In this document: positions 35,963 to 41,232 of the stretch, one piece after another
Numbering within the stretch: the first letter of the stretch is position 1
How the letters are laid out: every line of letters starts with the position of its first letter
Source of the DNA: Fimbriimonadales bacterium
GTDB lineage: Bacteria > Armatimonadota > Fimbriimonadia > Fimbriimonadales > JABRVX01
DNA: 41,232 nt
NCBI GenBank assembly: GCA_045862955.1
Contig: BTVI01000031.1
Span: 1 to 41,232, forward strand
Reading direction: 5' to 3'
Made by a program: the position numbers and the translations under genes
Notes under the pieces: model-generated
What the model was told of the DNA's origin: nothing
Databases searched by the model: none
The model's input: only the letters and a program-made list of their open reading frames with translations

Positions 35963-38719
35963 ATGAAAGGGGTTGGTCCAGAAGTGGACGAGCTAAGCAC
36001 ACGATACGAGCCGCAGCAAGTCGAAGACCGCTGGTACGCGTTCTGGGAAGAGCGCGGCTACTTCAAGCCCGAGAGCGACCGCGACCCGAACACCCCCAAG
36101 ACGCCCTACTGCATCACCATTCCGCCCCCCAACGTGACCGGCTCCCTGCACATCGGTCACGCGCTCTGCTACACCATCCAGGACGTGCTTACGCGATGGA
36201 AGCGCATGCAGGGCTACGATGTGCTGTGTCTCCCGGGAACCGACCACGCCGGCATCGCCACACAGATGGTAGTGGAGAAGGCGCTCCGCGCCGAGGGCAC
36301 CAACCGACACGAGCTGGGCCGAGAGCGTTTCGTCGAGCGGGTGTGGGAGTGGAAGCGCCAGTACGGTGATACCATCATTGCGCAGTTTCGCCGCATGGGG
36401 TTCTCCTTCGAGTGGGGGCGCCTCGCATTCACCATGGATCCACACTACGCCAACGCCGTGCTGCGCACATTCGTGGACTGGTGGGAGAACGGACACATCT
36501 ATCTCGGCAGCCGAGTGGTCAACTGGTGTCCGAGCTGTCACACCGTAATCTCGGACATCGAGGTGGAAGACCGCGAGCAGAACGGCAAGCTGTACTACGT
36601 GCGGTACCCGTTCGCGGATGGAGACGGACATATCACCGTTGCTACTACTCGACCGGAGACCATGTTAGGTGATGTGGCGGTTGCGGTCAACCCGGAAGAT
36701 GACAGGTACGCGCGCCACATCGGACGTGAGCTCCTACTTCGGCTGGTAGGCCGTCCCATTCCACTCATCGCGGACGAACACCCCGACCCGGCATTCGGAA
36801 CCGGCGCCGTCAAGATCACGCCCGCACACGATCACAACGACTTCGAGGTTGGTCAGCGACACGGCCTACCCATGCCTCGTATCCTGGCAGAGGATGCCAC
36901 GGTGGACACCTCCGAGCTGATGCAGGAGTTCGGCGAGAACGAGTTCCTCCTACGCTACCATGGCATGGATCGATACGTCGCACGCAAGGCGGTGTTGGAG
37001 GATCTCGAAGCGCTCGGCCTGCTGGAAAGGGTGGAGGACTACAAGCTAGTCTTCGGCGCGTGCATGAGATGTCACACGGCGCTGGAGCCGATGCTGAACG
37101 AGCAGTGGTTCGTCGCGATGCATGCGCTTGCCGCCCCTGCTGCCAAGGTGGTGGAGGAAGGGCGCATTCGCTTCGTGCCGGAACGTCATGCCGACACGTA
37201 CCTTCGATGGATGGCAGGCATCCGTGATTGGGCCGTGTCTCGACAGCTATGGTGGGGGCATCGTATCCCCGCATGGTTCTGTCGGGACTGCCACCCCGAA
37301 GACTTCGCCGAGGGCGAGAACGAACCGCGCCTCATCCGTCGCCGGGGCCCAATCGTACAAATGGAAGCCCCCACCGAATGCCCCCGATGCGGGGGTACCA
37401 ACCTCGTGCAGGACCCATGGGTGTTGGACACGTGGTTCTCTAGCGCGCTGTGGCCCCATGCGGTGCTCGGCTGGCCGGACGACACACCCGACCTGAAGCG
37501 CTTCTACCCCACGGACGTGTTAGTTACTGCGAAGGACATCATCTACCTGTGGGTGGCTCGCATGATCACCACGGGACTCTACCACCTAGACGAAATCCCA
37601 TTCCGCGACGTGCTGATCCATGCTACGGTTCTGAACGAGCAAGGGCAACGCATGTCCAAGTCGCTCGGGACGGGTATCGACCCGCTGGAGGTGGTGGAGC
37701 AATACGGTGCGGACTCGCTCCGCTATGCCCTGCTTCTGCAGACCGGCTGGAACCAAGAGATTCGCTTCGGTGAGAAGCGTATCGAGGAGGCACGCAACTT
37801 CTGCAACAAGATGTGGAACGCCTCGCGCTTCGTGCTGATGAATCTCGACGACGAGTTCCGCGCAAGCTACTCCGGCTTGCCCGACGAGGGCCAGATGGAG
37901 TTAGTGGATCGATGGATCCTATCGCGCCTGTCAGCGACGGTGGAGCAGACGGGCGGCGCGCTCGAGGTGTATAACATGGCAGAAGCCACGCGGCCCCTGC
38001 AGGAGTTCTTCTGGGGCGAGCTGTGTGACTGGTACATCGAGGCTGCCAAGCCGAGGCTTAGCGATCCCGCGAAGCGCGGCGTGGTGCAGTCGGTGTTAGT
38101 GTATGTGCTGGACGTATACATGCGACTGCTCCACCCCTTCATGCCGCACCTCTCGGAGGAGGTGTATCAGAGATTGCCGGGGCACGGCGAGAGCGCGTGC
38201 ATCGCCGAGTGGCCCAAGCCCGGAAAACGGTATCCCGAGGCCGAGGAGGAGATGGACGCGCTAATCGAGGTGGTACGCGCCGCGAGAAACCTGCGCGCCG
38301 AAGTCGGCCTCACCCCGATGCGTGCCTACCCGGTGCTCTACGTATCGTCTCGCGACGAGCGCACCCAGGCGGTGCTGCAGCGAGGGCGCGACCTCATCGC
38401 GGGACAGGCATGGTTCGAGCGACTCGAGCTTGCTCCGCCAGATGCTTCGGTGAAGCGCCTGGAGACTTCGGTAGGCCCGACGGACCTGTACCTGCCCATC
38501 GAGGGAGTGATCGACGTGGAGGCGGAGGTCGCGCGGCTGACACGCGAGAAGCAGAAGGTGGAAGCGGAGCTGTCGTCGGTGCAGGCTCGCCTGGACAACC
38601 CCCAGTTCGTCGAGCGCGCGAAGCCGGAGGCGGTGGAGAAGGCGAGGAACGACGCGGCCGAGCTCACGGCTCACCTGCAGAAGGTGGAAGAGCGCCTCCG
38701 CCTGTTCACCCAGCCCTGA
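35963..38719 (+). CDS. valS: Valine--tRNA ligase
   Basis: Motifs PPPNVTGSLHIGHA, DHAGIATQ, TTRPET, SRQLWWGHRIP, LDTWFSS and RMSKS, with a C-terminal coiled-coil arm. The start may be GTG 35984. Confidence 0.97.
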   Translation: MKGVGPEVDELSTRYEPQQVEDRWYAFWEERGYFKPESDRDPNTPKTPYCITIPPPNVTGSLHIGHALCYTIQDVLTRWKRMQGYDVLCLPGTDHAGIATQMVVEKALRAEGTNRHELGRERFVERVWEWKRQYGDTIIAQFRRMGFSFEWGRLAFTMDPHYANAVLRTFVDWWENGHIYLGSRVVNWCPSCHTVISDIEVEDREQNGKLYYVRYPFADGDGHITVATTRPETMLGDVAVAVNPEDDRYARHIGRELLLRLVGRPIPLIADEHPDPAFGTGAVKITPAHDHNDFEVGQRHGLPMPRILAEDATVDTSELMQEFGENEFLLRYHGMDRYVARKAVLEDLEALGLLERVEDYKLVFGACMRCHTALEPMLNEQWFVAMHALAAPAAKVVEEGRIRFVPERHADTYLRWMAGIRDWAVSRQLWWGHRIPAWFCRDCHPEDFAEGENEPRLIRRRGPIVQMEAPTECPRCGGTNLVQDPWVLDTWFSSALWPHAVLGWPDDTPDLKRFYPTDVLVTAKDIIYLWVARMITTGLYHLDEIPFRDVLIHATVLNEQGQRMSKSLGTGIDPLEVVEQYGADSLRYALLLQTGWNQEIRFGEKRIEEARNFCNKMWNASRFVLMNLDDEFRASYSGLPDEGQMELVDRWILSRLSATVEQTGGALEVYNMAEATRPLQEFFWGELCDWYIEAAKPRLSDPAKRGVVQSVLVYVLDVYMRLLHPFMPHLSEEVYQRLPGHGESACIAEWPKPGKRYPEAEEEMDALIEVVRAARNLRAEVGLTPMRAYPVLYVSSRDERTQAVLQRGRDLIAGQAWFERLELAPPDASVKRLETSVGPTDLYLPIEGVIDVEAEVARLTREKQKVEAELSSVQARLDNPQFVERAKPEAVEKARNDAAELTAHLQKVEERLRLFTQP

Positions 38720-38746
38720 TCGCCCTCAGGCTTTGGAAGTGTAGGG

Positions 38747-38817
38747 CTGCGCGAGCCTGCTCGCGCTTTGCTTCCCCTCGCGCTCGTCTGCCAGAAAGCG
38801 CGAGCAGGCTCGCGCAG
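38747..38817. repeat. Perfect 23-bp inverted repeat of self-palindromic arms (family D, REPIN-like doublet)
   Basis: CTGCGCGAGCCTGCTCGCGCTTT (38747-38769) and AAAGCGCGAGCAGGCTCGCGCAG (38795-38817). The left arm is preceded by GTAGGG. Confidence 0.88.
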
Positions 38818-38875
38818 TCCCAAAGACGCAGCCCCCTTCTCACCATCCGACCTCGAGGCTGGGTCGGTGGCATCC

Positions 38876-38979
38876 GTCATGCTGAGCCTGTCGAAGCATG
38901 CCCTCACGGGCCGCAGGCCCTTCCTCTGAGCCACCCGCACACGGCTCCCGACGTCATGCTTCGACAGGCTCAGCATGAC
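38876..38979. repeat. Inverted doublet of family A REP
   Basis: Copies at 38876-38900 (+) and 38953-38979 (-). Confidence 0.93.
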
Positions 38980-38994
38980 GTGCGGGCGCAGCGT

Positions 38995-39046
38995 TTTTCC
39001 ATGCCTCGGCGTTTTCCTCGTTTTCCATGCCTCGGCGTTTTCCTCG
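38995..39046. repeat. 26-bp direct tandem repeat x2
   Basis: TTTTCCATGCCTCGGCGTTTTCCTCG at 38995-39020 and 39021-39046. Confidence 0.85.
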
Positions 39047-39088
39047 TCACTGACCGAGCCTCGCCCTCCGATGGAGAGCTACGGCACG

Positions 39089-39532
39089 CTACGTCTCCAG
39101 GTCCGAGAAGCGGGCGGCGGAGGGGTCGAGGGCACGCCGAAGTGCATGGTAGGCATCCTCCACCCGTTTGCGAACCTCTGCCGCCCGCGTGGCTTCCTCG
39201 CTGCCTTCCGGGAAGCGCGACGGGTTGCTCCGGTGCGAGAGCCGCTCATACGCATGCCGCACCAACGCGAAATCAGACCCCGAGGGAAGACCCAACACCT
39301 TGTAGTGCACGTCGAGCGGGTCCCCTGCAACCGAATCCGCAGGGCGAGAAGTGGAGGCGGGCGGAGCGGACGAGCCGGTCACCGGCGACACCTGGCCGCG
39401 ATTGAGTGCCTCGTTCAACTCGGCCTCCGCAGCGGAACGCGAGTACGCCTCGTCCACGACGCCGCGAATGCGGTCCCACTCGTGGTTCACATAGGCGCGA
39501 AGGAGCCGGTAGAAGCGGTCGCCCGTGCTCAT
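39089..39532 (-). CDS. Protein with C-terminal DnaJ-like J domain (HPD replaced by NPS)
   Basis: DVHYKVLGLPSGSDFALVRHAYERLSHRSNPSRF...AAEVRKRVEDAYHAL follows the J-domain helix pattern. Confidence 0.7.
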   Translation of the reverse strand: MSTGDRFYRLLRAYVNHEWDRIRGVVDEAYSRSAAEAELNEALNRGQVSPVTGSSAPPASTSRPADSVAGDPLDVHYKVLGLPSGSDFALVRHAYERLSHRSNPSRFPEGSEEATRAAEVRKRVEDAYHALRRALDPSAARFSDLET

Positions 39533-39553
39533 GAGGTCGCGATTCTACCTTCG

Positions 39554-40105
39554 TCAGGCGTCGGCAGAAGGTCCGAAGCCCTCGAATGGGGGCCATCGAC
39601 GGCGCAGCAGCCGAAGCCCTTCCATGCACCGCTCGAACTGCTCGGAGAGCGTGCGGAAGAGCGGCGCCTCGTCCCGATACCGGCCCAGGTCGAAGGTCGA
39701 GGCGATGTAGTACGACTGCTTGCCCTGCCGCACGTAGTCGATCAGCGCGTCCATGGTGCCGCTTTTCAGGCGTGGAAGGGCCTCCGGATACATGCCGGTC
39801 CAGAACAGAGTGAAGTCGCCGATGTGCCGGTGAACCTCGCGCTCCCGCGCGAACGAGCACGCGTTCAGGCGGATGTCCCCCTCCATCAGCATCTCGGCCA
39901 CTTCCGTCAGGCGCCTGCCCTCCACGGTGCGGATGCAGTACAGGTGGTCTAGCAACGCGAACTGGGCCAGCATCTCTGCCAGGTAGCGAAGGAGGGCATC
40001 CTCCGGTAGGCCCATGGCTGCGCCTACCGCGAGGCGAACCTCCCGGTCGAAGAAGGCGACGAGGTCGTCGCGACGCCAGATTCTAGTCTCGCTCCTCGAA
40101 TCCAT
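39554..40105 (-). CDS. Conserved-looking hypothetical helical protein
   Basis: Motifs YLAEML..F, REVHRHIGDFTLFWTGMYPEAL and DY..QGKQSYYIAS resemble a widespread uncharacterised family (recalled, not searched). Confidence 0.7.
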   Translation of the reverse strand: MDSRSETRIWRRDDLVAFFDREVRLAVGAAMGLPEDALLRYLAEMLAQFALLDHLYCIRTVEGRRLTEVAEMLMEGDIRLNACSFAREREVHRHIGDFTLFWTGMYPEALPRLKSGTMDALIDYVRQGKQSYYIASTFDLGRYRDEAPLFRTLSEQFERCMEGLRLLRRRWPPFEGFGPSADA

Positions 40106-40376
40106 CCCAAGGTCTTATGCCCAATCGTGCCGACGCGCAACCCGGAACCTTGCCGGAGTTCGCCCCCGGATTGCCGGTTTGGAGCACCGTGCCAGGGCGC
40201 GTCTGAGGCTGAGCCGGCAGCATTGAGGGGCTGCGCTTGCGCTTTCTGCTAATCGGGTACTATGCAACTATCCAGGACCTCACTTCAGTAACGCGGATAC
40301 GGAGAGCCGACGGGAGACCCTCGCCGGAGCCCATCACGCAGAGTGCGTTCCGGAGAATACAAAACAGGATCGAGAT

Positions 40377-40661
40377 ATGAATATTTACGTCGGAAACCTC
40401 TCCTACGACATGACCGAGGCACAGTTGCGTGAGATCTTCGAGACCTACGGCGAAGTCACTTCGTGCCGAATCATCGAGGACAAGTTCACGGGACGCTCGA
40501 AGGGGTTCGGCTTCGTCGAGATGTCGGACAAGGCGCAGGCCGAGGCGGCCATCAGCGGCCTGAACGGTAAGGACTTCTCGGGCCGTGCGCTCACGGTCAA
40601 CGAGGCCCGTCCGAAGACCGAGACCGGTCGCGGCGGCGGTGGCGGCCGGCCCCGCTGGTAG
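40377..40661 (+). CDS. RRM (RNP-1) RNA-binding protein with Gly/Arg tail
   Basis: RNP2 IYVGNL and RNP1 KGFGFVEM, followed by LTVNEARP and GRGGGGGRPRW. Confidence 0.95.
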   Translation: MNIYVGNLSYDMTEAQLREIFETYGEVTSCRIIEDKFTGRSKGFGFVEMSDKAQAEAAISGLNGKDFSGRALTVNEARPKTETGRGGGGGRPRW

Positions 40662-40690
40662 CCTAACCCCCTCCAGACAGAGCTTTCTCC

Positions 40691-41232
40691 CTCCCTCTCC
40701 CTTCCCAAGGGAGAGGGCTGGGGTGAGGGTTCCTTCGCGGTGACGGGTACTCGCTCTGCGCACCCTTCGCCACTGCACTCCGCCAGGGGCAGACCTGCTT
40801 CGCTATGCCCGGGCCCGCGTCCGCCACCTGGCACCACCGAGCGCATGAAGCCGACCTAAGGACCGCGCCGCGGCACACACTCCTCCAACAGCCCTGAATG
40901 CACGAACTCGGAGACCGACCCTTCGCACCTCCCTCTCCCTTCCCAAGGGAGAGGGCTGGGGTGAGGGTTCCTTCGCGGCGTCGGGTACCCGCTCTGCGCA
41001 CCCCTCGCCACTGCATTCCGCCAGGGGTAGACCTGCTTCGCTATGCCCGGGCCCGCGTCCGCCACCTGGCACCACCGAGCGCATGAAGCCGACCTAAGGA
41101 CCGCGCCGGGGCACACACTCTGCCAACAGCCCCGAATGCACGAACTCGGAGACCGACCCTTCGCACCTCCCTCTCCCTTCCCAAGGGAGAGGGCTGGGGT
41201 GAGGGTTCCTTCGCGGCGTCGGGTACCCGCTC
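40691..41232. repeat. 238-bp tandem repeat headed by family C palindrome CCCTCTCCC..GGGAGAGGGCTGGGGTGAGGG
   Basis: Units start at 40691, 40929 and 41167 (period exactly 238) and are near-identical. The array runs off the window. Each carries the 11-bp stem CCCTCTCCCTT-CCC-AAGGGAGAGGG. Confidence 0.95.

Noticed and set aside
38975..39952. 325-aa forward ORF
   Set aside because: Antisense to two more protein-like reverse-strand genes, and it begins inside repeats.
40663..41116. Repeated short reverse-strand ORFs (TLTPALSLGKGEG)
   Set aside because: Translations of the 238-bp family C repeat.

Overview
GC-rich bacterial chromosome segment, most likely Armatimonadota (Fimbriimonadia-like). This is inferred from two '[26 protein letters not shown]' prepilin-like genes, a PEP-CTERM gene and a secreted protein with a C-terminal dockerin-like tail. 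About 30 genes are present: glycoside hydrolases (GH3+PA14, GH95, BNR/sialidase-like), a GT2/methyltransferase/metallophosphoesterase operon, a partial his operon (hisG, hisC-HAD fusion, hisB, hisH), asnA, a Dam-like methylase next to a DUF72 gene, tldD, a cysteine desulfurase, a detached atpA-atpG pair, valS and an RRM protein. I found no rRNA, tRNA, IS, integrase or true CRISPR-Cas. The most striking non-gene signal is an intergenic repeat 'ecosystem' of at least four unrelated palindromic (REP-like) families plus one 26-bp tandem. The main family, the 27-bp GTCATGCTGAGCCTGTCGAAGCATGAC, has about 17 full or degenerate copies in 4 clusters. Its densest cluster abuts the start of a small GIY-YIG nuclease gene that the ORF track missed (131..<1). 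A 125-bp duplication of the tldD 5' end brackets a PEP-CTERM gene, like an insertion scar.
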